From Phyllobates terribilis (taxonomy: Eukaryota): a DNA stretch of 64,000 nucleotides. The notes under the pieces were generated by a model that saw only the letters and a program-made list of their open reading frames with translations, was not told the DNA's origin and ran no database searches. The stretch covers positions 876,742,001 to 876,806,000 of the forward strand of contig NW_027362761.1 in the NCBI RefSeq assembly GCF_046119375.1, given 5' to 3'. Shown here in pieces: positions 39,236 through 52,081 of this stretch. Made by a program: the position numbers and the translations under genes. Each line of letters opens with the position of its first letter. The first letter of the stretch is position 1.

Positions 39236-39558
39236 TTGTCCCTCTAATTTGAATGAATACACTTTAAATCCATTTACAAGGATCTATTGGAGGGCAAGTC
39301 TCATGCCAGCAGCCGCGTAATTCCAGCTCCAGTAGCGTCCACTAAAGCTGCTGCAGTTAAAAAGCTTTTATAAGGATCGAGCTCGGCTGTCCACCGCAAG
39401 GCATCCTAGTGCCAGTCCCAGCCCCTATGCCTTGGGGTGCCTCCTGATGCTCTTCACTAAGTATCCCGTGGTCCCGAAGCATTTCCTTTGAAAAAATTAA
39501 GTGTCCAAACTACAGGTGGTGTAGCTTGCTTAACAGCCGGGATAATCCGCTGACTAGC
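39236..39558 (+). pseudogene. Diverged 18S rRNA fragment
   Basis: ctttaaatcc..aggatctattggagggcaagtct..tgccagcagccgcgtaattccagctcc..gctgcagttaaaaagct..cccgaagcatttcctttgaaaaaatta matches the conserved 18S core plus a V4-like GC-rich stretch. Many substitutions, and no flanking rDNA unit. Confidence 0.88.
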
Positions 39559-39615
39559 AGACACTGCTACTAGGCACAAAGTATTTCCTGGGCTAGATGC
39601 AGTTAAAAATTTGTA

Positions 39616-41430
39616 AGTAGATACTCTCGTTGGATGCTGAGAAAGCATTCCATAGAGTCTCCTGGCACGCCATATATGATTCTCTTAAAAAGCTTGGGGT
39701 AGGGGTCTAGGGGACCCTTTTATAGCCAAAATCACGGCCCTGTATCACAATACGTCACCTAGGCTGAAGATAAATGGAACTGTAGCACCGAGGGCTCGGT
39801 TGCTACAGACGTATTGCACCTCACCCAGAGGTGTGATATCTCACTCTCAGATAAGGATGGAGTGTGGATCAGGACCCGACACCTGCATGCATTACACCAC
39901 ATTGCCGTGGGGCAGGGCGACCAATATGCCCCTGAGATGGGCACGACAGTCCCTGTCCCTGGCTGGAGTGGGGGGAGGGAACACTGAGGAAGGGGAACCC
40001 TGCAGTGCAGGAGCAGGGAGGAAGCAGTTCCTGGGTGCATTGAGAAGGGAGTATAAAAGGTGGGCACCATCTTAGTTCAGTGCAGAGAAGTCTGAGCAGA
40101 AGTGGCAGGGAGCAGGGGCTCTGCTCCGGAGGCGGGCCTAGTAACAGAGGCCCAGGCCTGCAAGAGGGAGAAGGAAGGAAGAGGAGCGGAGAAGGCTCCA
40201 GGAACGAGGAATGAAGGGATCCCAGGGGTGCGGACGGGCGAGTCGCCACCGCACGCCCGAATCCACCTGCGTGGAGGGGTCAGGCCAAAGGGGGAGACCG
40301 GTCCCCGAACTAGTGGAGGCAGGAAACGACAATCAGCTAGAAACCGGAGGCTCTGACATTTTATGTGGCGTAGCCCCTTGCTCCACCCGCTAGGAAGGCA
40401 CCACATAGGGTCAGGGAAACTGGCGCCAAGTTTACCAAGAGGAGGCCCGAGGCAGCCGGACAGAAGTGTTGGTAAGAAAGGCCAGACAAAGGACACACAA
40501 AGGGGGTCCTGTGAAGCGCTCCAAAGTTATCTGGGAGTTGTCTGAGCCCCTCACCTGGTGAGCACAGTACGACGTGGGCAGCCGTTACCTGCAGACGTGG
40601 TCTGGATAATAAGAACTGTGAGTAAAGGCCCTGAACTGCATCACTGACTCCGTGTCGTTACTGCTGCTGCCCTGCACCATCACCCCCATCCTCCGCATAC
40701 ACTGCCCTGAGGCTATACTCCTCCCGTGGGGAGTTATGCTACGCTCTGCTGCACCCACAACACCAGCCTTAGCGGTCTGCCCTGTAGCGGCGGTTCACTC
40801 TGACCGCAATCCACGGGTGGCGTAGTCGGACATTTAAACATCAAAACCACATAAATAGTTCCGCCACTGGTTTGACCGCCCTGAGCCACGGAACCGGATC
40901 GCCGCCACGAAGACTACAACCACCAGCATCCACCAAAAAGGGTCCGGCTCCGGGTGTCCCAAGGCCCAGGGGGTGCGTCAGAACATTTTCATCACCTTTC
41001 ACAATCACCAATGGGACAAGGCAGGGATGTCCTCTGTCCACTCTCTTATACATCCTAGTGACGGAGCACCTGCTCTCATCAATTCGCCATAACCCCAATA
41101 TTAGGTGGATTGAGGTGGGAGGCACCGAGTACAAGTGCTCTCTATTTGCTGATGATGTCCTAGTATATATCACTCAATCACATATATCCATCCCTGCTGT
41201 TATGGCTGAAATAGATCACTTTGTTACATGGTAAAATTTTAAAATCAATGCAGCGAAGTCTGAGGCCCTCGATGTCTCCCTCCCTAAATCCATATAGGAT
41301 TCCATCCAGTCCAACTTTCCCTTTGCCTGGCCCTCACAGGGTATCAAATACTTAGGAATTCCTATTCATAGAGACCTCTCCCATCTATGTTATCTTAATT
41401 TTGGGCCCTTTATTGAACAATTCCATACAG
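39616..41430 (+). mobile_element. L1-clade RT fragment (split by solo LTR)
   Basis: LSLDAEKAF..KITALY..RLKING before 39780, then FSSPFTITNGTRQGCPLS..SLFADDVL..KYLGI after 40981. Both ends truncated. Confidence 0.85.
39781..40980 (+). mobile_element. Solo LTR (1200 bp) with 4-bp TSD inside L1 RT
   Basis: GAAC-TGTAGCACC...GGTGCGTCA-GAAC. Removing it rejoins the L1 reading frame. Confidence 0.88.
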
Positions 41431-44400
41431 ACCACGGTTGGCAAGTTGGAACTGTGAGATTCACTACGTGCACCACTGGTATTTTGTGGAAAAGCACATG
41501 TAAGATTCTGCAACAGTCTCTGCTGATACTCCTGCATGCGTGCATCCCTTTCTATGGCAGGAATAATTTCTGCAAATTTACTTTTGTACCGGGGATCTAA
41601 CAGTGTGGCAACCCAGTAGTCAGGATTATTTCTAATTCTCACAATTCGAGGGTCATGTTGCAGGTAGTGCAGCAAGAAGGCACTCGTGTGTTGCGCATCC
41701 AGGAGCACCAAGTCCCTGTTGTGTTGGTGGCGAGGTAACAATCATGCTTCCTTCCTCTGTCCTCTCCCCCCAACCTCGCACAACAGAAATGTGATCAAGG
41801 TCTCCCTCATCTGATGAGTCTTCCATCAGTTCGTCCTCCACTTCTTCCTGGGCTCCTGCACCTTCCTCACTAGTTTGGCTGCTACCATGCGCCATGGTAA
41901 AATCATCTCCCCCACCCTCACATGCCTGCCGCCCTGGTGCTGCCGACCGTCTGGACCTTGCAGATGTTAGCCCTTCCGCATACAACTCCTCCTCCTCTAC
42001 TTCCTCCACCTCCTCTTGTGCCACCACCTGACTCCGAATTCTGTTTAACATGTGCTCCAGCATGTAAATCACCGGAATAGTCATGCTGATAATGGCATCG
42101 TCAGCACTAAACATCTTCGTCGCCATTTCAAAACTGTGCAGAAGGGTGCATAGGTCCCTGATCTGAGACCACTCCTCCAGCGTGATTTGCCCCACCTCTG
42201 AATCTCGTTGGCCCAGGCTATACGTCAGAACGTATTGCACCAGGGCTTGTCGGTGCTGCCACAGTCGCTGCAACATGTGCAGAGTTGAATTCCACCGGGT
42301 AGGCACATCGCATTTTAGCCGGTGAAGTGGCAGGCCCAACGACTTCTGTAGAGATGTAAGTCGCTGAGCTGCGGGATGCGAACGGCGGAAGTGAGCACAC
42401 AGCGACCGTGCCCTCTGCAGAAGGCCATCTAGTCTGGGATAGTGGGCTAAAAATTGCTGGACAACCAGGTTCAACACGTGAGCCATACAAGGCACGTGAG
42501 TGACATTGCCCCGGCGAAGGGCCGCACCCAGGTTTGCAGCATTGTCGCACACGGCCTTCCCTGGTTTCAGGTCCAGTGGAGACAACCATTCATGAAATTG
42601 GTTCTCCAGAGCTGACCACAACTCCTCAGCTGTGTGACTCACATTTCCCAGACATTTCAATGTAAAAACCGCCTGATGACGTTGAGCCCTACTGCCAGCA
42701 TAGTAAGGAGGTGTGCAGGATCCCTTCTGCGCAGTTAGAAAGCTTGTGGCATGACCAGACAGGCTTTGGGTGCAGGTGGAAGACCGAGAGGAGGTTGAGG
42801 AGGCAGAAGCAGTGGAGGAAAAATGACATAAAGAGGATTGACGCACAACTCGTGGGGACGGCAAGACTTGGACAGCAGCCCCTTGTCCTGCTGTCACCAT
42901 AGTTACCCAGTGCCCAGTCAGCGACATGTAACGCCCCTGTCCATGCCTACTCGTCCAAGTGTCTGTGGTGAAATGCACCCTGTCACACACAGAGTTTCTC
43001 AAAGAAGCGGTCATGTTGTGTGCGACATGCTGGTGGAGCGCAGGCACACCTTTCTTTGAGAAGTAGTGCCGACTGGGCATCTGGTACTGGGGCACTGCGA
43101 CGGACATAAGGTCTCGAAAATCCTCTGTGTCCACCAGGCGGAAAGGCAGCATTTCTGTAGCCAAGAGCTTGCAGATGGTGAAATTCAACCTCTTAGCTTT
43201 CTCATGGCTAGGAGGAAATGGTCTTTTACTTGTCCACATCTGAGGGACCGAGGGCTGGCTATTGTGCTTAGACGGGGTTGATAAGGGTGTCCCCGGCAAA
43301 CTGCCGGTCTGTGAGGAAGATGCAGGCGGACATGTTAGGTTGCCTTGATCCAAAGGTGGTGCTATCGATGTCGGACAGCGCTCAAGACCAGCTGGTGTTA
43401 CCACCTCCAAAGAAAATGATGACCTGCCAATCACGCTGGCTGTTGCGGGTAAAGAGGTGGCAGGTCTGCGCCCCAAAACAGGTGTGACTGCTGTCCCCCC
43501 AGTCACAGAGGATGAAGAGGCCGCGGATGCACAAGATATGGCAGACGGTGGTTGGCCCGGCCGGCTAGACCGCATTGTAGCACACTGAGCTTCCCACTGC
43601 AACTTATGCTTCATGTCCATATGCCGGTTCATGCATGAAGTACTCAAACTATGTATTTTTTGGCCTCTACTTAGCTTTTGCTGACAAATGTTACAGATAA
43701 CACGAGTTGGGTCATCTTTATCGATCTGAAAAAATGCCCAGGCTATGCAAGGCTTAGCACCCATGCGACCTGAAGAGCCACCACGACTTGTGGTGAGAGG
43801 CAGAGTTGTGTTTGAGGATGCAGTTGTTGACGTGCTTCCAGTACTACGTCTCTGTCCAGGAAGGCGCAACCTGACCTCGTCGTCACTAGCATCTTCCTCC
43901 ACCTCCTCTGCTGACCTCATCTCTTGGCTGACTGTGGGTTGACAGTAAGTGGGATCTCCGACCTCATCATCATCACCCTGTGCGTTATCACACCCGTCGT
44001 CCTCAGAGCCAACCTGTTCCTGCCCTGACAAAAAACTAAAGTTGTCGCTCCAATCAGGTATTTGAGTCTTATCATCGTCTTCCTCATTGTCTCCACCAAC
44101 AGGAGTTACAGTTTGGGAATGAGGGTCTACATTATGGTCAGAACCTTCTGCGTCTGGTCCTGGATCCGACTCATAAAGATTCTGGGCATCAGTGCAGATC
44201 ATTTCCTCGTCTGGATTCACAGAAGCGCTGGAGTCGACCTCTGATTCCCAGGCTATAGTATGAGTAAACAGCTCTGCAGACTCAACCATCTGTTCTACCT
44301 CATACTCAGACGGGCAGCTGGAGATTTGGGAGCTGTGAGGAAGCAAGTGCGATTTGGGTGACACCTTTGAGGACTGGAGTATTTGTGATGTTGAAGTTGA

Positions 44401-44658
44401 TGTGGAGGAGAGCCCACTTAAAGGAGCACTTGATATCCGTTGAAGCACCTGCTGTTTTTGTGCCTCATCTGGAATTTGTAGCGATTGGCGTGGCCGTAAG
44501 AAAGGGATCTTATCACATTGTCCGCTAAAAGAAGTAGACATTTTAGTTTGGCTGGAAGATGGTCTTTCTTCTGCACCTACCCCACGGACACAACCTTTTT
44601 TCCCCTTCCCAACACGCCTATTCCCCTTTCCACCAGCAGCAGGCCTTTTTCCACTCAT
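41430..44658 (-). pseudogene. hAT (ZBED-type) transposase, frameshifted near 41690 and truncated
   Basis: BED finger (AWAFF..CNICQQKL..MNRHMDMKH), FTTDTWTS, CMAHVLNL, DVPTRWNST. Continues in another frame as YWVATLLDPRYK, then is cut by an L1 fragment. The C-terminal dimerisation domain is missing. Confidence 0.9.
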
Positions 44659-44776
44659 TTTGGTGGTTAACTAATTCACAACTCTGGAGTTGTTTGCACA
44701 AAAAAACAATGGATGGTAACCGAGCAGAGCTGAGTGGCCAAACTGTGGTATTAGGCCAAAACTATTGGCTGGGTTA

Positions 44777-46380
44777 GATGCAGAAAAAAATTATTTTTAA
44801 TTTGCAACCTGATGGAGGTCAGTATAGATGGACTAATAGACCAAGTCCCACACACCGCTAGAAGCCCAAATATTTTTTCAGAGCTAGATGCAGAAATTTT
44901 TTTTATTCAATTTGCAACCTGATGGAGGTCAGTATAGATGGACTAATAGACCAAGTCCCACACACTGCTAGAAGCCCAAATAATTTTTCAGAGCTAGATG
45001 CAGAAAAAAATTATTTTTAATTTGCAACCTGATGGAGGTCAGTATAGATGGACTAATAGACCAAGTCCCACACACCGCTAGAAGCCCAAATATTTTTTCA
45101 GAGCTAGATGCAGAAAAAAATTATTTTTAATTTGCAACCTGATGGAGGTCAGTATAGATGGACTAATAGACCAAGTCCCACACACCGCTAGAAGCCCAAA
45201 TATTTTTTCAGAGCTAGATGCAGAAAAAAATTATATTCAATTTGCAACCTGCTGGAGGTCAGTATAGAAGGACTAATAGAACAAGTCCCACACACTGCTA
45301 GAAGCCCAAATATTTTTTCAGAGCTAAATGAAGAAAAAAATTATTTTTAATTTGCAACCTGATGGAGGTCAGTATAGATGGACTAATAGACCAAGTCCCA
45401 CACACTGCTAGAAGCCCAAATATTTTTTCAGAGCTAGATGCAGAAAAAAATTATTTTTAATTTGCAACCTGATGGAGGTCAGTATAGATGGACTAATAGA
45501 CCAAGTCCCACACACTGCTAGAAGCCCAAATATTTTTTCAGAGCTAGATGCAGAAAAAAATTATTTTTAATTTGCAACCTGATGGAGGTCAGTATAGATG
45601 GACTAATAGACCAAGTCCCACACACCGCTAGAAGCCCAAATATTTTTTCAGAGCTAGATGCAGAAAATTTTTTTATTCAATTTGCAACCTGATGGAGGTC
45701 AGTATAGATGGACTAATAGACCAAGTCCCACACACTGCTAGAAGCCCAAATATTTTTTCAGAGCTAGATGCAGAAAAAAATTATTTTTAATTTGCAACCT
45801 GATGGAGGTCAGTATAGATGGACTAATAGAACAAGTCCCACACGCTGCTAGAAGCCCAAATATTTTTTCAGAGATAAATGAAGAAAAAAATTATTTTTAA
45901 TTTGCAACCTGATGGAGGTCAGTATAGATGGACTAATAGACCAAGTCCCACACACTGCTAGAAGCCCAAAAATTTTTTCAGAGCTAGATGCAGAAAAAAA
46001 TTATTTTTAATTTGCAACCTGATGGAGGTCAGTATAGATGGACTAATAGACCAAGTCCCACACACCGCTAGAAGCCCAAATATTTTTTCAGAGCTAGATG
46101 CAGAAAAAAATTATATTCAATTTGCAACCTGCTGGAGGTCAGTATAGAAGGACTAATAGAACAAGTCCCACACACTGCTAGAAGCCCAAATATTTTTTCA
46201 GAGCTAAATGAAGAAAAAAATTATTTTTAATTTGCAACCTGATGGAGGTCAGTATAGATGGACTAATAGACCAAGTCCCACACACTGCTAGAAGCCCAAA
46301 TATTTTTTCAGAGCTAGATGCAGAAAAAAATTATATTCAGTTTGCAACCTGATGGAGGGCAGTATAGATGGACTAATAGA
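44777..46380. repeat. 110-bp tandem array (~14.6 copies) inside the hAT 5' region
   Basis: gatgcag recurs at 44777, 44887, 44997, ... 46317 (exact 110-bp period, substitutions only). Confidence 0.97.
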
Positions 46381-48544
46381 ATGATGCTATGCCCAAAAGA
46401 TTTTACTTCACTAGGTGCAGTAAAAAAATTGGTATTCTATACACAGGTGGTATATCTTGCAACACAGATAGGCTACTCCACTGACTAACACACTCTGCAA
46501 TAGGCCAAAAAGGATTAGCTTTACTAGATTCAGCCAAATGCTGTGAAAAAAACTTGCACAGCACTGGCACAGACCTGCCTGGCAAAAACTGATAGGAACT
46601 GATGTAACCTAGTCCTGAAAAGGACTCCAATTACAATTAGTCTTTACTCCCACAATCTATCTATTTAAGAGCACAGACCTGCCTGATAAAAGTCGTAGGA
46701 AATGCTGTAACCTAGTCCTTAAAAGGACTGCAATCACAACTATTCCCTACTCCCAAGCTATCTGTATATTTGTGCGAAAATTGGCTTGAAATTAACAAGG
46801 TATAGCGCACACAGCAACAGCGGTGCCGTCTAACATGCAGCTGCAGCAGTGAGAAAATGGTGGCGACGGGGAAAATGGCTGGGTCTTATAGGGCAAGGAC
46901 ATGTGACATACACTGCCAATCACACATGCCCTTGCTTGTGTGAAAAAAAGCACTTCGCTCCGTGTGTGCGCTGCTGATAGGCTGACAGATTGCACCTCCC
47001 CACTGCAAATGCGGGAAAGAGAAAAAAAAATGGAGATCTTCATTGTTCCTGCAGAGATCCATCCCCTTCCCCTCCCCCCGCCCCGCTGTACACTCAAACT
47101 GCGTATTAACATTAATTTTCATCATTACTGAGAAAAAATCCAGTTATGATTTTGGTGCACGAACAGTTATCGAACATAACCTCGAACAGCCGAATTTTTC
47201 TCAAATTGTTCGTGTTCGCCGACCGGCTCGAACACCGCCCAAAACAGCTCGAATTTGAGATTGGCGAACAGTTCGAGTAGAACAACGCTCATCTCTAGTT
47301 ATCATATGGGGCAGGATGTAAACAGTGTATGGAGATCTCAGCAGTTATATATAATGATTTGTGACCACCACAGGGTATTGAAGATTAGCAACTATTGAAA
47401 AGACTAGGAGTTAATTTTCAGTACCCGACAGAGCAGGAACCATGTTTGAGAACCTTTAATTTTGTTGCCGCAGTATCACTGAAATAAATTGAAACTTTCT
47501 GAGCAGCATGTGCCATATTTATCATGCGTTGCAGACACTTATTACGACTATTTTGAGAATAGAAAAAGTGATGGCCACAAGGAAGAAGTTCTAGCAATAT
47601 TTATCCATATCTACAGATGAGTAAAAGTCATACACTAAGCAAATGCTAGAGGTAATAAAGCTTCTAACAATACAATATGGAAATGATATGAGGCGAAAGG
47701 TAGTGTGACTTTTCAATTCTCTAAAGCGGAGAAATGCAGCCTGTATAATTTAGGGAAACAAATGGTGCTTTAACTTGTATTATCGTGGCTTTAGCAAAGC
47801 CTTTGAAATGGATAAAGTCAAACTAACTTGGAATAGAGTTGTGGTTTTAATCTCACATTATTTACATTCCCTGAACCGCTCTCAATTTTTCCTATACCAG
47901 TTGAGAATACATGCTTGGCACAGACGTGGCAAAGCTATAACAAAAGGCTTTCATGCCAGCACAGAAATAGACCAGAAGTCGTGAGGCTTTTTGATCTATA
48001 CATTCCCAACATCTTATTAATTACCACATCATTGAACTTAAAAAAAAAAAAAACCTCTTGGAGTTCCGAACAATATCTGAGCTTTCAAAACTATTCTGCT
48101 CCTTGTAGGGACTCTGGGAATATACTGACAAGGAGATTGTGTGATATCCTGACCAGAAATGAATGCACTAGAAGAGAAGTGGCAGCACAGTAATTCCGGA
48201 CACCAAAATTGAAAATTTGGGAACATTTTCTACATTTTTTTTGCCTATTATTTTTTGGCTGTCCTCAACTGCCGTTTTTTAGAGTCCAAATTTAAAATGT
48301 TTGATATTCATAAGAGCAATGACATCGGAAGGTCATGGTTTTTCCTTGGCCCCATAGATGATTTGCAGCCAAGGGGACGCTTTAGTTAAATGAAAGGAAT
48401 ATTAGACAATGTTTTGCATAGCCCAGGATGGGCTGGGTAACGACTGAAAATCTGCTAACTACATTATCTTCTCCAGGTAGCTTCTTGTGCTCTATAGATG
48501 ACAATTTACTGTACCTTGAAGGACAAAGCATCATGACACACATA

Positions 48545-50194
48545 CAGTTATATGAAAAAGTTTGGGCACCCCTATTAATCTTAAGCTTAATATTTTATAA
48601 AAATTGGTGTTTTTGCAACAGCTATTTCAGTTTGATATATGTAATAATTGTTGGACACAGTAATGTTTCTGCCTTGAAATGAGGTTTATTGTACTAACAG
48701 AAAATGTGCAATCTGCATTCAAACAAAATTTGACAGGTGCATAAGTATGGGCACCCTTATCATTTTCTTGTTTTAAATACTCCTACCTACTTTTTACTGA
48801 CTTACTAAAGCACTTTTTTTGGTTTTGTAACCTCATTGAGCTTTGAACTTCATAGCCAGGTGTATGCAATCATGAGAAACGCTACTTAAAGTGGCCACTT
48901 GCAAGTTGTTCTCCTGTTTGAATCTCCTCTGAAGAGTGGCATCATGGGCTCCTCAAAACAACTGTCAAATGATCTGAAAACAAAGATTATTCAACATTGT
49001 TGTTCAGGGGAAGGATACAAAAAGCTGTCTCAGAGATTTAACCTGTCAGTTTCCACTGTGAGCAACATAGTAAGGAAATGGAAGAACACAGGGACAGATC
49101 TTGTTAAGGCCAGAAGTGGCAGGCCAAGAAAAACATCAGAAAGGCAGAGAAGAAGAATGGTGAGATCAGTCAAGGACAATCCTCAGACCACCTCCAGAGA
49201 GCTGCAGCATCAACTTGCTGCAGATGGTGTCAGTGTGCATCGGTCAACTATACAACGCACTTTGCACAAGGAGAAGCTGTATGGGAGAGTGATGCGAAAG
49301 AAGCCGTTTCTGCAAGCATGCCACAAACAGAGTCGGCTGAGGTATGCAAAAGCACATTTGGAGAAGCCAATTTCTTTTTGGAAGAAGGTCCTGTGGACTG
49401 ATGAAACCAAGATTGAGTTGTTTGGTCATACAAAAAGGCGTTATGCATCGCGGCGAAAAAACACAGCATTCCAAGAAAAACACTTGCTTCCCACAGTAAA
49501 ATTTGGAGGAGGTTCCATCATGCTTTGGGGCTGTGTGGCCAATGCCGGCACCGGGAATCTTGTTAAAGTTGAGGGGCGCATGGATTCCACTCAGTATCAG
49601 CAGATTCTTGACAATAATGTTCAAGAATCAGTGATAAAGTTGAAGTTAAGCAGGGGATGGATCTTTCAGCAAGACAATGATCCAAAACACCGCTCCAAAT
49701 CTACTCAGGCATTCATGCAGAGGAACAATTACAATGTTCTGGAATGGCCATCCCAGTCCCCAGACCTGAATATCATTGAACATCTGTGGGATCATTTGAA
49801 GAGGGCTGTCCATGCTCGGCGACCATCAAACTTAACTGAACTGGAATTGTTTTGTAAAGAGGAATGGTCAAAAATACCTTCATCCAGGATCCAGGAACTC
49901 ATTAAAAGCTACAGGAAGCGACTAGAGGCTGTTATTTTTGCAAAAGGAGGATCTACTAAATATTAATGTCACTTTTCTGGTGAGGTGCCCATACTTATGC
50001 ACCTGTCAAATTTAGTTTGAATGCAGATTGCACATTTTCTGTTAGTACAATAAACCTAATTTCAAGGCAGAAACATTACTGTGTCCAACAGTTATTACAT
50101 ATATCAAACTGAAATAGCTGTTGCAAAAACACCAATTTTTAAAAAACATTAAGCTTAAGATTAATAGGGGTGCCCAAACTTTTTCATATAGCTG
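48545..50194 (+). mobile_element. Tc1 family B copy 2 (1650 bp)
   Basis: TA-CAGTTATATGAAAAAGTTTGGGCACCCC...CATATAGCTG-TA. Same family as 25970-27619. Confidence 0.95.
48944..49966 (+). CDS. Intact 340-aa DD34E Tc1 transposase
   Basis: Open frame with the DDE triad intact. I count 14 amino-acid differences from copy 1. Confidence 0.92.
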   Translation: MGSSKQLSNDLKTKIIQHCCSGEGYKKLSQRFNLSVSTVSNIVRKWKNTGTDLVKARSGRPRKTSERQRRRMVRSVKDNPQTTSRELQHQLAADGVSVHRSTIQRTLHKEKLYGRVMRKKPFLQACHKQSRLRYAKAHLEKPISFWKKVLWTDETKIELFGHTKRRYASRRKNTAFQEKHLLPTVKFGGGSIMLWGCVANAGTGNLVKVEGRMDSTQYQQILDNNVQESVIKLKLSRGWIFQQDNDPKHRSKSTQAFMQRNNYNVLEWPSQSPDLNIIEHLWDHLKRAVHARRPSNLTELELFCKEEWSKIPSSRIQELIKSYRKRLEAVIFAKGGSTKY

Positions 50195-50368
50195 TAGTTA
50201 CCAAAGCTACCTCCAGCATATAGTTATTTTTTATGTCTAGACTGTCAACAGAAGTAGGACTTTTCCCTGAGGGAATGATTTTATGTACCTTATGGAGTTC
50301 ATTTTTTAACTATATAGCAATATTCACTGCTGCATAGAATATAAAAATATATATACAGTGATTCCAGA

Positions 50369-50410
50369 TAATAATAATAATATTTTTATTTATATAGCGC
50401 CAACATATAA
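50369..50410 (-). mobile_element. L2-type LINE 3' tail remnant
   Basis: Minus strand atatgttggcgctatataaataaaaatattattattattat. Confidence 0.5.
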
Positions 50411-50473
50411 GGAAAGTGTTGGTGTTAGTGAATTTCAGCACTTTTAGAAATACCATGCATCTCAAGAGACATA

Positions 50474-52081
50474 CAGTGGGTACAGAAAGTATTCAGACCC
50501 CTTTAAAATTTTCACTCTTTGTTTCATTGCAGCCATTTGGTAAATTCTAAAAAGTTCATTTTTTTTCTCATTAAAGTACACTCTGCACCCCATCTTGACT
50601 GAAAAAAAAACAGAAATGTAGAAATTTTTGCAAATTAATTAAAAAAGAAAAACTGAAATATCACATGGTCATAAGTATTCAGACCCTTTGCTCAGACACT
50701 CATATTTAAGTCACATGCTGTCCATTTCCTTGTGATCCTCCTTGAGATGGTTCTACTCCTTCATTGGAGTCCAGCTGTGTTTAATTAAACTGATAGGACT
50801 TGATTTGGAAAGGCACACACCTGTCTATATAAGACCTCACAGCTCACAGTGCATGTCAGACAAAATGAGAATCATGAGCTAAAAGGAACTGCCCAAGGAG
50901 CTCAGAGACAGAATTGTGACAAGGCACAGATCTGGCCAAGGTTACAAAAGAATTTCTGCAGTACTCAAGATTCCTAAGAGCACAGTGGCCTCCATAATCC
51001 TTAAATGGAAGAAGTTTGGGACCACCAGAAGTCTTCCTAGACCTTGCCATCCAGCCAACATGAGCAATCGTGGGAGAAGAGCCTTGGTGAAAGAGGTAAA
51101 GAAGAACCCCAAGATCATTGTGGCTGAGCTCCAGAGATGCAGTAGGGAGATGGGAGAAAGTTTCACAAAGTCAACTATCACTGCAGCCCTTCACCAGTCG
51201 GGCCTTTATGGCAGAGTGGCCCGACGGAAGCCTCTCCTCAGTGCAAGACATATGAAAGCCTGCATAGAGTTTGCTCGAAAACACATGAAGGACTCCCAGA
51301 CTATGAAAAATACAATTCTCTGGTCTGATGAAAAGAAGATAGAACATTTTGGTGATAATTCTAAGCGGTATGTGTGGAGAAAACCAGGCACTGCTCATCA
51401 CCTGCCCAATACAATCCCAACAGTGAAACATGGTGGTGGCAGCATCATGCTTTGGGGGTGTTTTTCAGCTGCAGGGACAGGATGACTGGTTGCAATTGAA
51501 GGAAACATGAATGCGGCCAAGTACAGAAATATACTGGATGAAAACCTCTTCCAGAGTGCTCTGGACCTCAGACTTGACCAAAGGTTCAACTTCAAAAAAG
51601 ACAATGACCCTAAGCACACAGCTAAAATAACAAATGAGTGGCTTCAGAACAACTCTGTGACCATTCTTGACTGGCCCAGCCAGAGCCCTGACCTAAACCC
51701 AATTGAGCATCTCTGGAGAGATCTGAAAATGGCTGTCCACCAACGTTCACCATCCAACCTGACGGAACTGGAGAGGATCCCCAAATCCATGTGTGAAAAC
51801 TTGTTGCATCATTCCCAAGACTCATGGTTGTACTAGCTCAAAAGGGTGCTTCTACTCAATACTGAGTGAAAGGGTCTGAATACTTATGACCATGTGATAT
51901 TTCAGTTTTTCTTTTTTAACAAATTGTCAAAAATTTCTACATTTCTATTTTTTTCAGTCAAGATGGGGTGCAGAGTGTACTTTAATGAGAAAAAAATGAA
52001 CTTTTTAGAATTTACCAAATGGTTGCAATGAAACAAACAGTGAAAATTTTAAAGGGGTCTGAATACTTTCCGTACCCACTG
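50474..52081 (+). mobile_element. Tc1 family D, transposase pseudogene
   Basis: TA-CAGTGGGTACAGAAAGTATTCAGACCCC...GGGGTCTGAATACTTTCCGTACCCACTG-TA. ORFs 50916-51485 and 51507-51836 separated by a stop. Confidence 0.93.

Larger units (their letters stand above)
38751..47297 (-). mobile_element. 8.5-kb hAT DNA transposon with 8-bp TSD
   Basis: GTTATCAT-TAGTGTTGAGC...GCTCATCTCTA-GTTATCAT (TSD 38743-50 and 47298-305). Subterminal gttcg repeats at both ends. Confidence 0.92.

Noticed and set aside
39236-39558. Functional rDNA locus
   Set aside because: Only ~320 bp, with substitutions in invariant positions, embedded in a transposon.
39510-39620. Single contiguous 18S-L1 chimeric retrocopy
   Set aside because: Not asserted: a remnant resembling the hAT's own repeat unit separates the two pieces, and the L1 part lacks a 3' end and poly(A).
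44777-46380. CRISPR-like regular array
   Set aside because: Units are contiguous tandem copies with no unique spacers. Eukaryotic context and no cas genes.
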